From the NCBI GenBank assembly GCA_050949565.1, contig JBMNFY010000017.1, positions 416,001 through 480,000 on the forward strand: a stretch of DNA of 64,000 bases, given 5' to 3'. Below are positions 10,801 through 21,433 of the stretch, piece by piece. Numbering within the stretch: the stretch's first letter is position 1; each line of letters starts with the position of its first letter. The notes under the pieces were generated by a model. It did no database searches, was not told the DNA's origin, and saw nothing but the letters and a program-made list of their open reading frames with translations. Both the position numbers and the translations under genes were made by a program. Source of the DNA: Kiritimatiellia bacterium. Its GTDB lineage: Bacteria > Verrucomicrobiota > Kiritimatiellia > RFP12 > UBA1067.

Positions 10801-12752
10801 GAAACGGGCACCTCCACATGGGCGCGGATAGCCGCGCGCAATGCGGTGGCATCCGTCTTAGTGAGCCGCTCCAGCACACACTGCCAGCGGTAAGCGATGC
10901 TCCCTCTGCGATCAAGAGGCCGGTGCCTGAAGAGCGCTTCAAAGGCCCTCCGACGCTGGAGGTATTTCCACTGCACCTGCTCAAAACTTTCCTGGAACGC
11001 CTCAAGATAGCATACGGCAAACTCGTCAGCATTGGGCATCAGCGCGGCACGACGATTAATCGGTCCCGCATAGGCGGCGGCGTCACGATCAAGGCGCATG
11101 TCGTACTGCGCGAAGGAGCCCGAGTGTTCGGAGACGATCAAATGCGCAGGCAAGCCTTCGGCGTCCAGCACGATCACCTCGTCACCATCGTCAAACATCA
11201 CCTGCAACTCAAGGTTGGCGCGTCCCACAATGGCGTTGACAGCGGCAGCAGCGCCCAGCAGGCGCGCCAACCGACGGTTAAACTCGGGATTCGCATAGTG
11301 ATCCGGAGGTATCTTGTCGGTGGCACAACCGCCGACGTAGACGCGCTCAAAGTAGACCGACCAAAAACGCGCACCCCTGTAGGCCGCATTTTGACCGTTG
11401 TAGGTTTCGGCAATGCGCCCGACAGCAAGACGTGGCGGCAGGTTCATACCAAGCTGCTGGCAACCGAGACGACGGTCCAGAATATAATCCGTGTAGTCCA
11501 TGGCCTCCATCACCGCACGCAGCAATTCCTTGCCATCATCGAGATGTTCTTTGACGCCCCATTTCTGGAAACGCAGAATGCGCAGCTCTGGTTCCTCCCT
11601 ATCGGCTTCTTTGATCTGCACCATATAAACCGGCGCCCGGCGTGACGCCGGCGCACGTATCGAGAGAGAGCGGCCAATACGCCCGATATTGATGTATTCG
11701 ATGGTGTTATATTCACGCAGATAATTAAAGATCATCGCTTTGGCACGCGGATCACAGAGCACCCTCAACTCAATGTCCTCAGGATGCGCGTCACTTTCAT
11801 CACAGACTGGATCGAAAATCAACTCGCCCTTCATAATGCGGCAACCAGGCAACCACTTGACCTGACGGTAGAACTCAGGCGAAATATCCTGTATCAACTC
11901 GCCTGCATCGACGGCGTTGGGTTGCTGGGTCAGCGCAGAACACATGCGGTTGCGCCACTTGATGTTGGCGGTTGACTCGTCGCGCAACTCTGCGGGTAAC
12001 GCCGCACGAAAAGTATCGAGCAGCTTTCGATAGGCCTCCCGCAGCGCGTCGATCGGCAGGGTTGCGGCGTCCAGAGTTTCAAAGGCCTGCCGGGTGAACG
12101 TACAGCCCGGCGGGAAGATATCGATCTCCGGATTCCAGAAACGGTTCTGCCGCGCGGTATACTCCACGATCTCTTCAAGCTGTTGCCGGAAGAGATCATC
12201 CGGCAATTCCTCAATGCTGGCGAATTGGGCGAGCGTGAGGAACCGGGTGCCGGTGGAGCGATTGTGGTAGTAGATCGGCTGCGTCTCAATGGCGGCGAGT
12301 GAAGAGGTAATCAGAAGACGCATCTCTTCTGCCGATACCGGCAGACGACTCATGCGCCAATTCTCGCCGCGCGCGCGCAAGGCGTCGCGCACCCGTGCGT
12401 CGTGCGTGTTGAGGAAGCGGATGCACCGTTTGGAAACCAGCTTCTGCAGCATCTCGTCGGCTTCGAAAGCAAGCTCCATCGCGCTGGGATCAGGACGGAT
12501 CAGCACCATGCGTTCGTCAAAAAGCAGATCCACCGAACGCGCTATCTCCTCTTCGATTTCAAGATCGCTCAGCGGTTCCAGACCGGCTTGCTGCCGTTCT
12601 CGATTCTGTTCCTTGACCCAGGCGAGGCGTTGCGTCACGTGGACGCCCTTCAACGTGATCAGCCAGCCCGACTTCAAAAGGATCGTGCCGACCCTTGAGA
12701 TGAGTTGCCCGTTCGCATCGCGGGCGAAAAGCGGTTCTCCGAGAATTTTCAT
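10797..12752 (-). CDS. Hypothetical protein (651 aa), translationally coupled to folD and nudC
   Basis: Long ORF with 4-nt overlaps at both ends; no family recognised. Confidence 0.8.
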   Translation of the reverse strand: MKILGEPLFARDANGQLISRVGTILLKSGWLITLKGVHVTQRLAWVKEQNRERQQAGLEPLSDLEIEEEIARSVDLLFDERMVLIRPDPSAMELAFEADEMLQKLVSKRCIRFLNTHDARVRDALRARGENWRMSRLPVSAEEMRLLITSSLAAIETQPIYYHNRSTGTRFLTLAQFASIEELPDDLFRQQLEEIVEYTARQNRFWNPEIDIFPPGCTFTRQAFETLDAATLPIDALREAYRKLLDTFRAALPAELRDESTANIKWRNRMCSALTQQPNAVDAGELIQDISPEFYRQVKWLPGCRIMKGELIFDPVCDESDAHPEDIELRVLCDPRAKAMIFNYLREYNTIEYINIGRIGRSLSIRAPASRRAPVYMVQIKEADREEPELRILRFQKWGVKEHLDDGKELLRAVMEAMDYTDYILDRRLGCQQLGMNLPPRLAVGRIAETYNGQNAAYRGARFWSVYFERVYVGGCATDKIPPDHYANPEFNRRLARLLGAAAAVNAIVGRANLELQVMFDDGDEVIVLDAEGLPAHLIVSEHSGSFAQYDMRLDRDAAAYAGPINRRAALMPNADEFAVCYLEAFQESFEQVQWKYLQRRRAFEALFRHRPLDRRGSIAYRWQCVLERLTKTDATALRAAIRAHVEVPVS

Positions 12753-13627
12753 AGGCGGCGGGCGGCTTCGAGTGTGTTGGCCAGTAACATGGTGATGGTC
12801 ATCGGGCCCACCCCGCCGGGCACGGGGGTGAGCAGCGAGGCGACCTCGCTCACAGATGCGGCGTCGACATCGCCGACGAGACGGAAACCGTTTTTCTTGG
12901 AGGCATCGGGAATGCGGTTGACCCCCACGTCGATCACCACCGCACCGGGCTTAATCATGCTGCCCGTGACCGTGCCCGGTCGCCCGGCCGCGACCACCAG
13001 AATGTCCGCCTGCCGCGTGTGGGTTGCGAGATCACGTGTGCCGGTGTGGCAAACCGTGACAGTGGCATTGCCGCCCTCGGCCTTGCGCATCAGCAGATGC
13101 GCCACCGGCTTGCCGACAATGTTGCTGCGTCCGATCACGACCGCATGCTGTCCAGCGGTCTGCACCCCGGTTTTGAGTAGCATCTGGATGATACCGTGCG
13201 GTGTGCAGGGTAGGAAGCAGGTCTCACCGATCATCATGCGGCCGACATTCACCGGGGTGAAGCCGTCCACATCTTTTTCGGGGGCGATCGCGTTGATAAC
13301 CGCGGCTTCGTCGATATGGCGCGGCAACGGGAGCTGCACCAAAATACCGTGGACACGCGGGTCGTCGTTCATGCGGCACACCAGGGCCAGCGCCTCCTCC
13401 TGCGTAGTCTCGGCCGGCACGCGCACATCCAGCGAAAACATGCCTGCCTCTTCACAGGCGCGTTCTTTGGCGGTAACATACGAGGTGGAGGCCGGATCGG
13501 TACCGATCAAGATCACGCCCAACCCCGGCGTCACACCACGATCGGCTTTAAGATCGGCGACCTGTCGCGCGATTTCCGCACGCATCTCGGCGGCGAGTTT
13601 TTTTCCATCAAGCAGCGTTGCACTCAT
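12749..13627 (-). CDS. folD: Bifunctional methylenetetrahydrofolate dehydrogenase/cyclohydrolase
   Basis: HGILVQLPLP, EKDVDGF, PCTPHG, GRSNIVGKP, TPVPGGVGPMTI. Confidence 0.98.
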   Translation of the reverse strand: MSATLLDGKKLAAEMRAEIARQVADLKADRGVTPGLGVILIGTDPASTSYVTAKERACEEAGMFSLDVRVPAETTQEEALALVCRMNDDPRVHGILVQLPLPRHIDEAAVINAIAPEKDVDGFTPVNVGRMMIGETCFLPCTPHGIIQMLLKTGVQTAGQHAVVIGRSNIVGKPVAHLLMRKAEGGNATVTVCHTGTRDLATHTRQADILVVAAGRPGTVTGSMIKPGAVVIDVGVNRIPDASKKNGFRLVGDVDAASVSEVASLLTPVPGGVGPMTITMLLANTLEAARRL

Positions 13628-13642
13628 AGCTCATCGTATTCT

Positions 13643-13750
13643 TTAAGGGCTCTTGCAAAGCCCCTCGTGACATGGGCGTCCCGCCCATGAAACACGGGCA
13701 AGATGCCCGTGCCACATCTGCAAGCAAGAAGTTTTGCAAGGCCTCTTTAA
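13643..13750. mobile_element. MITE-like element with imperfect terminal inverted repeats enclosing two REP-type palindromes
   Basis: TTAA-GGGCTCTTGCAAAG ... TTTTGCAAGGCCTCT-TTAA; internal CATGGGCGTCCCGCCCATG and CACGGGCAAGATGCCCGTG; 13646-13722 recurs inverted at 62231-62307 with 3 mismatches in 77. Confidence 0.6.
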
Positions 13751-13931
13751 TTAAGTTCAAACTGAAAAAGTCTCATCGCGGCATCCGACTCACGGCGCAT
13801 GACCGAACGACAAGTACGCTCCAAGTGTAGCAAAGATTCGTATGCGTCGCATCTCAAAGTTTCAGATTGTCGGCGAGGCCTTTTTTTGTTAAAAAAGACG
13901 CGTTGATAAAGTGACAAATCGGAGGTGTTTC

Positions 13932-14840
13932 ATGAATGCTATCAAACGTCGCTCTTTTTTGAAAACGTCTGCCTCTGCCGCCGCCGTCAGTGCGCTGCCG
14001 AGCATTCCGATCAATGCGCAAGAGGCCACTGCGCCGGCCGCCACGGTGATTGTCGTGCACGGCACGGACATCCCCAAAATGCTGGCTGCGGGTATCGCCA
14101 AACTGGGCGGATGGGATGCCTTCATCAAGCCCGGCATGAAGGTCGTCATCAAACCTAACGTCGCTTGGAACTCTAAGCCCGAGCAGGGCGGTAACACCCA
14201 TCCCGACTTGGTCAAGGCTTGCGTGCTGGCAGCCGAGGCTCAGGGTGCCACCAAGATCTCCCTGCCGGAAAACCCGTGCCATCCGGAAAAAGCAACCTTC
14301 CAAGCGAGTGGCATCGCCGACGCGCTGAAGGGTACCCAAGCACGGCTCTACCGTCCCGCCAAGGGGGATTACCAAGCCATTGAGATTCCGAAAGGCAAGG
14401 TCGCCAAAACGGCCAACGTGCCCAAGGACATTCTGGAGTGCGACTGCCTGATCAATATGCCGGTGGCCAAACACCATAGCGGCGCGACGCTCACGCTCTC
14501 CATGAAAAACTGGATGGGCTCGATCGCCAATGAGGATCGCCGCGCTTGGCATCGCGACGGCCTGCACCAGTGCATCGCCGACTTCAGCACCTTCATCCGC
14601 CCGAAACTGGTGGTCATTGACGCCACGCGTATCATGCTCACCAAAGGACCGCAAGGCCCCGGCGACCTGGAGCACCCGAACGAGGTGATCCTGAGCACCG
14701 ACCCGGTGGCGGCCGATGCTTATGCCGCGACGCTTTTCAAAAAAGCGCCGTTCGATATCGGCCATATTCAGATCGGCCACGAAATGAGCATCGGCTGCGG
14801 CGATCTCACAAAAATCAAGGTCGAGCGTATCGAAGTGTAA
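13932..14840 (+). CDS. DUF362 domain protein with Tat signal
   Basis: GGAGG RBS; KRRSFLK twin-arginine motif; VVIKPN, NTHP, INMPVAKHH, TLSMKNWMG, DPVAAD. Confidence 0.9.
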   Translation: MNAIKRRSFLKTSASAAAVSALPSIPINAQEATAPAATVIVVHGTDIPKMLAAGIAKLGGWDAFIKPGMKVVIKPNVAWNSKPEQGGNTHPDLVKACVLAAEAQGATKISLPENPCHPEKATFQASGIADALKGTQARLYRPAKGDYQAIEIPKGKVAKTANVPKDILECDCLINMPVAKHHSGATLTLSMKNWMGSIANEDRRAWHRDGLHQCIADFSTFIRPKLVVIDATRIMLTKGPQGPGDLEHPNEVILSTDPVAADAYAATLFKKAPFDIGHIQIGHEMSIGCGDLTKIKVERIEV

Positions 14841-14844
14841 CCCC

Positions 14845-16245
14845 ATGATGACCCGCCGCAACCTGCTCCGCCTCATTCTGTTCGTCGCGTTCGCCCTGCT
14901 CGCGCTGGGCGTGTTGCCCGAGGCATGGCGACGCTGGAGCGTGCTGTTGCCCAGCCTGAGCCCACTGCTCAGTCTGGGCGGTGCTCTCGCCGCCCGCAGC
15001 GCCGGTCTGCTTGCCTTGCTCGGCTTGCCTCTGCTGGTGTTGCCGCTTTTCAAAGGACGCTTTTTCTGCTGGCGACTCTGCCCCATGGGCTTCGCCGCTG
15101 AAATGGTCAGCCGCCTCAACCGCCGCAACACCGGCCTGATCCGCCGCCTTCCGTTTATCGGCAAGGGCCTGGCGCTCCTGATCATCGGTAGCGCGGCCAT
15201 CGGCTGGCCGTTGTTGATCTGGACCGACCCGCTCTGTATCTTCAACGGCTTTTTCGCGGCCTGGCGGAAACCGTTTACTTGGCTCTCAGCCGTCACCGCC
15301 AGCGGCTTTGTCCTAATCCTGCTGGTCAGTCTGATCGCCCCGAACATCTGGTGCCACCGCCTCTGTCCGCTGGGTGGTCTGCAAGAGTGGATCACGCAAC
15401 TCGGCAACCGCCTGCGTGCGGCACGCAAACCGATCACGCAAGAAACCGCGACTGCCCTCTCGCGCGCACGCGCAGGGCGGCGCGTCTTCCTTGGTTTCGC
15501 GTTGGGCGGCCTCACAGGCGTGCTCTACCGCCACTTCGGCATGCAGGCCGCAGCAGCCGTTGCATCACGCGAAGCCGCCGCCAGCCAGCGCGGCCAAGGC
15601 CGAGGACTTGGTCGGGGTCGCCGACGGCGGGAGCAAGCATCCGGCGAACAGGGCACCTGCGGCCACGATCATGACCACGGCCACGACCATGCATGCAAGT
15701 GTGGCCCCGAGCACCATATCGCCATCCGTCCTCCGGGCGCGACCGCCACCGGCTTCAACGCACGCTGCGCGCGCTGTGGTAACTGCATGACGGCATGTCC
15801 CTACGGCCTGATCCTGCCCGACCTCGGCAGCGCCGGCATCGATGGACTCTTCACACCGGTTCTCGCCTTCCGCAGCCGCAATAACCAACAGGAGCAGTTC
15901 TGCTTCCAAGAATGCACCGCCTGCACGCAGGTCTGCCCCACCGGTGCCTTGCGCCCGCTGACTGTCGAGCAGAAACAGCAGACCGCCATTGGTCTCGCCC
16001 GTGTCTTCAGGGGCCGCTGCATCGCCTGGGAAAAACAGGAGTACTGCGTGGTCTGCCAAGAGTACTGCCCCTACCACGCGATTATCGAAGTCGAACGCAA
16101 CGGCGTCATGTGCCCGATCGTCGATGCCGACAAATGCCGCGGCTGTGGTGCCTGCGAGAGCCAGTGCCCCGCGTTGCCGATCGCCATCGTGGTGAACGGC
16201 CGTTCCCGCCAGCCGATCCTCGCTCACCCCTCACCGCAGTTGTAA
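14845..16245 (+). CDS. Membrane polyferredoxin (NapH-like CxxxCP + NapG/MauM-like 4Fe-4S domains)
   Basis: GRFFCWRLCPMG, WCHRLCPLG, CARCGNCMTACP, CQEYCP, CRGCGACESQCP. Confidence 0.88.
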   Translation: MMTRRNLLRLILFVAFALLALGVLPEAWRRWSVLLPSLSPLLSLGGALAARSAGLLALLGLPLLVLPLFKGRFFCWRLCPMGFAAEMVSRLNRRNTGLIRRLPFIGKGLALLIIGSAAIGWPLLIWTDPLCIFNGFFAAWRKPFTWLSAVTASGFVLILLVSLIAPNIWCHRLCPLGGLQEWITQLGNRLRAARKPITQETATALSRARAGRRVFLGFALGGLTGVLYRHFGMQAAAAVASREAAASQRGQGRGLGRGRRRREQASGEQGTCGHDHDHGHDHACKCGPEHHIAIRPPGATATGFNARCARCGNCMTACPYGLILPDLGSAGIDGLFTPVLAFRSRNNQQEQFCFQECTACTQVCPTGALRPLTVEQKQQTAIGLARVFRGRCIAWEKQEYCVVCQEYCPYHAIIEVERNGVMCPIVDADKCRGCGACESQCPALPIAIVVNGRSRQPILAHPSPQL

Positions 16246-16258
16246 GCCATACGCAACC

Positions 16259-16807
16259 ATGAACGTTCTGTTGCACACCTGTTGCGCACCCTGCGCCAGT
16301 CACTGCGTGCTCGCCCTGCACGAACGGGGCCACGCCGTGACGCTTTTTTACTCCAACGCCAACATCGCGCCGCATGACGAGTTCCTCAAGCGTCTCGATG
16401 CCGTGCACCTGCTGGCGGAACGTCTGCGTGTGCCTTTACTCATCGACGAGCCCGACCACGACGCCTGGCTCCGCGAAGTGGCGCACGGATTGGAGCAAGA
16501 GCCGGAGCGCGGGGCGCGTTGCGCGCGCTGCTTCCGCTACAGCCTCAGCCGCACGCACGAAGCCATGGTGGCCCAAGGGCTGGACGCCTTCACCACTACG
16601 CTCACCGTCAGTCCGCATAAACACACGCCGACGATCTTTCAGGTCGGCCGCGACTTGGACGCCGCGCGCTTCCTGCCCATTAATTTCAAAAGGAAGGACG
16701 GCTTCAAGCACAGCATCGAGTTCGCCAAACTCCTTGAGCTTTATCGCCAAAACTACTGCGGCTGCGAATTCAGCTACCGCAGCAATATCACTGTGCCGAA
16801 GTTGTAG
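16259..16807 (+). CDS. queH: Epoxyqueuosine reductase QueH (DUF208)
   Basis: LLHTCCAPC, EPERGARCARC, TTTLTVSPHK, YRQNYCGCEFS. Confidence 0.92.
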   Translation: MNVLLHTCCAPCASHCVLALHERGHAVTLFYSNANIAPHDEFLKRLDAVHLLAERLRVPLLIDEPDHDAWLREVAHGLEQEPERGARCARCFRYSLSRTHEAMVAQGLDAFTTTLTVSPHKHTPTIFQVGRDLDAARFLPINFKRKDGFKHSIEFAKLLELYRQNYCGCEFSYRSNITVPKL

Positions 16808-19359
16808 GCCAGCCGCGCCTTCTTCCCTGCAGCGTCATAAGTCACGATCCAACGCGCGGGCAACGTTTCCGTAGACCCAAACGGCCCTGTGAACGTGCCG
16901 GTACAACTGGCGATCGTGTACTTCTTGAAACGCGAGAGCTGTTCCGGATTTTCGACATGCAACGTGAACGTCGATAGATCCAGATCACCCGCCACATGCA
17001 GCGCGTCCGACTCGCCTTCGGGCGAAACGCTCACCGACAGCGTGCAACCGGCGATCGACGCCGCATTCTCGGCCAGCGTAAGCGTACCGAAACCGCCCGC
17101 ATCGCCGGGCGCGAGCGTGTCGGTCACCGTCAGCGCCGCCAGATTCGTGACCGTGCCGCCGCCGCCCAGTCCCGCCAGCGTCTGCGTCTTGCCGTTGACA
17201 TTGAAGACGCCGTTAGATCCCGCCATGACCGTGTTCGCCGTGGGCAGGACATCGTCCCGCCCCCACCTGAGCATGCCGCCCTCGACCACAGTCACGCCAT
17301 TGTAGGTGTTGGTGTTGAGCAGGGTCAGCATCCCATCGCCCCGCTTGATAAACCCGCCATCCTCCGGTGCCCCGGTGTACAACGGTTGCTTGATTGAGAT
17401 ATTCTTGCCCGCCGTATCGAAAATCGCGCCGCCTTCGCGCACATGCACGAAGATGTTGGTCAACCACTTGTCGTTGTTATTGCCGACGAGTTTTTCCGTT
17501 GTCCCCAGGAAATTGTCCGTGTTGACTCTAGCCTCAACCGTACCGCCGTTCAGGAACAACATCCCCTTTTGGTTGGGGAAATTGATATCGATGTAGAAGT
17601 TGTTGAGCCGCATCACGCCGCCGGTGTTGACGCTCACCACCGTGTTGGACGGATTGCCCGTGTTTTGGGAAATGCGTACCCCGTTGGCGATAAGCGTCCC
17701 GCTGCCGCTCACCGTGGTGAATCCGTATGTCGAAGCGATGCCGTTCAGGATTTCGTCGCAGCTCGTGGTATCCACTACACCGTTCGTAACGAGAAGGTGC
17801 CCGCCATCCACATTGACGTATAGTTTGGAGGTCGTCTTCAGCAGACCGCCTGCCACCAGCAACGTTCCGCCGGAGACCCGCAGCCCCGGACCATTCTGGA
17901 CGCCGCAAAAACGCGTCACCAGATTGGTGCCGCTGGCGACAACCAACGTTCCCGCCGCCGTGTGAAGCGTGCCGAAGCTGTTCACCGCCGTCGGTCCGGG
18001 ATCCAGAATCACCGTGCCACTCCCGGTCTTATAGAGTGTGGCGTTCGTATCAGCGCACACGATGGTGCCGCAAATCGTCTGCGTGTTTGTCTGCGGATCG
18101 AACGTCGCCGTCACGGCATTAGTCACCCAGATCGTCCGGTTGGCGGCGAGTGTATGCGACTCGCTGGACTGGAGCGTCGCGTCCGTCAGGAAAACAAGGT
18201 TCGTGGCTGGCGACGACGGAACGGCGCCCAGATTGTGATCCGCGACAACATTCAACCGCCCGCCTTTTAAAACAGTAGCGCCGTTAAAGGTGTTGGTCCC
18301 CCGCAGATACAGCGTGCCGCTTCCTTGCTTCGTCAGTCCGCCGTCATCCGGTGAACCCCGCAATTTGGCGATCACCGTGATGTTGCAGTTCGGGGTGTCG
18401 AACACCGCACCGCCCGACAGCACATTGACAAAAATGTTCGTCCAGTTCGGATGGTAGGTGCCCAGCATGTCCCGCGTTTTGGTCGTGTCCCGCGCCCGAA
18501 TCGTGCCGCCGTTGAGGTTCATGGTGGCTTTTCGGTCCGCCGAATGGTTTGTCTCAAACCAAAACTCGTTGAGCCGGATCGTGCCGCCCGTGTTGATGTT
18601 GACGCCCGAGAAGCTCGCCCCCTCCTGATTCTTGACAATGCGCATCCGGTCTAGGATCAGCATGCCGTTGCCCCCCACCGTCGTGAATCCCGGCGAATTA
18701 AAGGCATTCAAAAGCTCCTGATTACTGGAGAGGTCGCAGACCCCGTTGGTCACCAAAAGCGTGCCGTATTCGCTGACCCGGGCGAAGGGGCCCGCCGTGG
18801 TTTTCAAAAGGCCACCGCCCACGACCAGCGTGCCGCCGCTCACCCAAAAAGCCGGACCGTGCTCCGGGTCGCTGCCTGCCTCTGTCACAAGGTTCGTACC
18901 GCCCGCGACCTCCAGCGTGCCGCCCGCAGTCTTGAACGAGTAGAAGACATTCGAGACCGCGCCCTGCGGGTTCAGAACGACCTTTCCACCACCGGTCTTG
19001 GCCCAGACCCCGACATTCGTGACCGGCGCGGTCAGCGTGGCGATCATGCCCGCATCGACCGAAGCGCCACCGTGCATCAGCAACGGACCGCCGCCGATCG
19101 CATACCCATCCGCCGTGAAAGCGAGATTGTTGAGCGTCACCGGATCGGCCGTAACCGCCCTCGGCCCTTCAGCACCGAAGGTCGCGTTGTTAGCGGCATC
19201 ATTGGTCTACACCGTACCCGCGCCGGACCAGTTCGCATCCGTCGTATTCCACGACGCACTGGTTGTGCCGGTCCAAGTATAATCGGCCGCACTCACCGAC
19301 CACGCCGCCACGGACAGCGCAACAACCAAACCCTTCAAAATCTCGGTGTACGTACGCAT
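16774..19359 (-). pseudogene. Exported autotransporter-associated beta-strand-repeat protein with an in-frame TAG at codon 51
   Basis: GGAG RBS and ATG 19359 give signal peptide MRTYTEILKGLVVALSVAAWSVSA-ADYTWTG...NWSGAGTV*TND. TAG at 19209-19207 is in frame with ORF 16774..19140 and sits where Trp (TGG) is expected. GGLTKQGSGTL.L...NT.NG.T repeats. Ends YNFGTVILLR*. Confidence 0.75.
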
Positions 19360-19638
19360 CTGACTTTCTCCATTTCATTTATTATCAATTCGACCAACAC
19401 CCAAAACAAACACTGGTGCAAAGTATACGTATTCCGCGTGTGCCTGACAAGACGCGACTGTAACAGACGGTAATCGGTTAGTGACAGTCGTCAGAGGCGC
19501 CAATCCCAAATCTAAAATCACAAATCAAGTGTTTTGTCCAGCGGGCTCGACAACCCGCGGTCTGAGTGTTACATTCAAAGCCATCTGTAGCCGGGGAATG
19601 GTTGCCCCGGTTTCCTATCCATTTTCAACGAGGCACCT

Positions 19639-20736
19639 ATGGCATTCGGCAGCGGCAGTGTGAGTTTCCGGCTCTTTTATCTTCAACAACAATACGACTC
19701 CAGTTTGGTCGACGCTTTTGCACGGCATGTTGCGCCGCCGATTGACTCGCTCAGCCGCGACCCCATCCACGGCTGGGTGACCGGGCGACATCTTTTCGAC
19801 CGCGCGATTGCGGATGAAACTTGTGTGATCGGCCCCTACCTGCACGCGCAATGGCTACGCGCCGAGAAGAAGGTGCCACCCGCCCTGCTGCGCGCGTATG
19901 TGCAGATGGAAGAGGATCTCGAATGTCGCGCGCGAGAAGTCGAATTCTTGCCGCGCGCGGTACGCGCCGAAGTCAAGCAGCGCGTCACCGACTCACTCTT
20001 GCCCAAGATGCCGCCGACCTTGACCAGCATCCCCGTGGTGGTCGACTTCCGCAACGACCTGCTCGTGGCCAGCGCGATGTCCGACAAGCAAATCGACACC
20101 CTCGCGCCCGCCTTCAAGGAAACCGCCGGCACGCTGCCGATCCTGCTCACGCCCGAGACCGCCGCCATGCGCCGCAAGCAGATCAATGCCAACGATCTCG
20201 ATCCGGTCAGCTTTTCACCCGACACCACCCTCGATCCCCCCAACGAGCCCACGCTGGGCATGGACTTCTTCACTTGGCTCTGGTTCACTTGGGAGAAGGA
20301 AGGCGGCGTCTGTCATCTACCTGACGGCCGCGAGTTCGGCGTGATGCTCGAAGGCCCGCTCACCTTCTTTCGCGAAGGCCAGGGCGCACACGAAGCGGTC
20401 CTGCGCAAAGGCTCGCCGCTCAACAGCCGCGAGGCCGGCACGGCCCTGCTCTGCGGCAAGAAACTCAAGCGCGCGAAGGTCGTGATCGCCCACAGCGACG
20501 ACGTCTTTAGTGCGACCATCGACGCCGACTTTGCCTTCCGCTCGCTCAAACTGCCCAAGGGCGAACAGACTGATGCGGACGGCCGCTTTGAAGAGCGCAT
20601 GCTCATGATCGAGACCTTCTGGTCGGCGTGGCTCGCGCTCTTCGACCGCTTCTTGGAACTGCGCACCGACGCGCAGGCGTGGCCGAAAACCCTCAACGCC
20701 ATGCGCCAATGGATCGCCCGTTTCGGCGAACCTTGA
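19639..20736 (+). CDS. RdgC-like recombination-associated protein
   Basis: GSVSFRLF N-terminus, GWV.G, EKKVPPALLRA, EVKQRV...LL, LGMDFFTWLW, EA..ALL.GKKL resemble RdgC-like proteins. Confidence 0.6.
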   Translation: MAFGSGSVSFRLFYLQQQYDSSLVDAFARHVAPPIDSLSRDPIHGWVTGRHLFDRAIADETCVIGPYLHAQWLRAEKKVPPALLRAYVQMEEDLECRAREVEFLPRAVRAEVKQRVTDSLLPKMPPTLTSIPVVVDFRNDLLVASAMSDKQIDTLAPAFKETAGTLPILLTPETAAMRRKQINANDLDPVSFSPDTTLDPPNEPTLGMDFFTWLWFTWEKEGGVCHLPDGREFGVMLEGPLTFFREGQGAHEAVLRKGSPLNSREAGTALLCGKKLKRAKVVIAHSDDVFSATIDADFAFRSLKLPKGEQTDADGRFEERMLMIETFWSAWLALFDRFLELRTDAQAWPKTLNAMRQWIARFGEP

Positions 20737-20749
20737 TCCGGCGACCGAC

Positions 20750-21394
20750 ATGCAGAATGACCCCGTCACGCCCCAAGGCCGCCAGCACGTCACGATCGGC
20801 GAACAAGTTCTGACAATCGAAACGCCGCCTGACCTTGATGCGCTGCTCGACCGCGCCGCCGCAGTGGATCCGCAGGCTGTCGATGCAATCCCCTACTATG
20901 CGATCCTCTGGCCGGCCGCGCACGGTCTGGCGTGCGACCTCTGGGAACAGCGCGAACGGCTACCGCGCCTGCACGTCATTGAACTGGGCTGCGGTCTTGG
21001 ACTGCCGTCGATCCTCGCGGCGCGGCTCGGCGCGACCGTCACGGCTACCGACTTCCACCCCGATACCGGCGACTGGCTGCAGCACAACGCCGCGCTGAAT
21101 CATGTGCGGATCGAGTACCAAGTCCTTGACTGGAACGATTGCCTAGACCGCTCGCATCCGCTGTGCGAACAACCGGTGCCGCTGGTCATCGGCAGCGACT
21201 TGCTCTACGAGCGACGCCACATCCCGGCGTTGGTCGGTGCCATCGATGCGCTCTGCGCCCCCGGCGGCCAGGCGGTCATCGCCGATCCAGGACGCGACCA
21301 CCTACCGCTCTTTGCGGCAGCCATGCAGGCGACCGGCTGGCACGCCACCCTGCACCCAGCAGACGATATTTACGTCTGCCGTTTTGAACGTTGA
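20750..21394 (+). CDS. Class I SAM-dependent methyltransferase (Methyltransf_16-like)
   Basis: PYYAILWPAA, VIELGCGLGLPS, ATD, LDW, IGSDLLYE, ADPGR. Confidence 0.88.
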   Translation: MQNDPVTPQGRQHVTIGEQVLTIETPPDLDALLDRAAAVDPQAVDAIPYYAILWPAAHGLACDLWEQRERLPRLHVIELGCGLGLPSILAARLGATVTATDFHPDTGDWLQHNAALNHVRIEYQVLDWNDCLDRSHPLCEQPVPLVIGSDLLYERRHIPALVGAIDALCAPGGQAVIADPGRDHLPLFAAAMQATGWHATLHPADDIYVCRFER

Positions 21395-21433
21395 ACGCAG
21401 AACGTCCGATGCCGAAGAAACCTGAAAAACCCA

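Noticed and set aside
15590-15720. GRG-rich and His-rich linker in the polyferredoxin as a novel domain
   Set aside because: A low-complexity linker; metal binding is possible but unsupported.
19207-19209. Amber recoding or pyrrolysine read-through
   Set aside because: TAG terminates several normal genes here (1787, 16807, 59570, 60325), no pyl genes are seen, and Trp is the expected residue.
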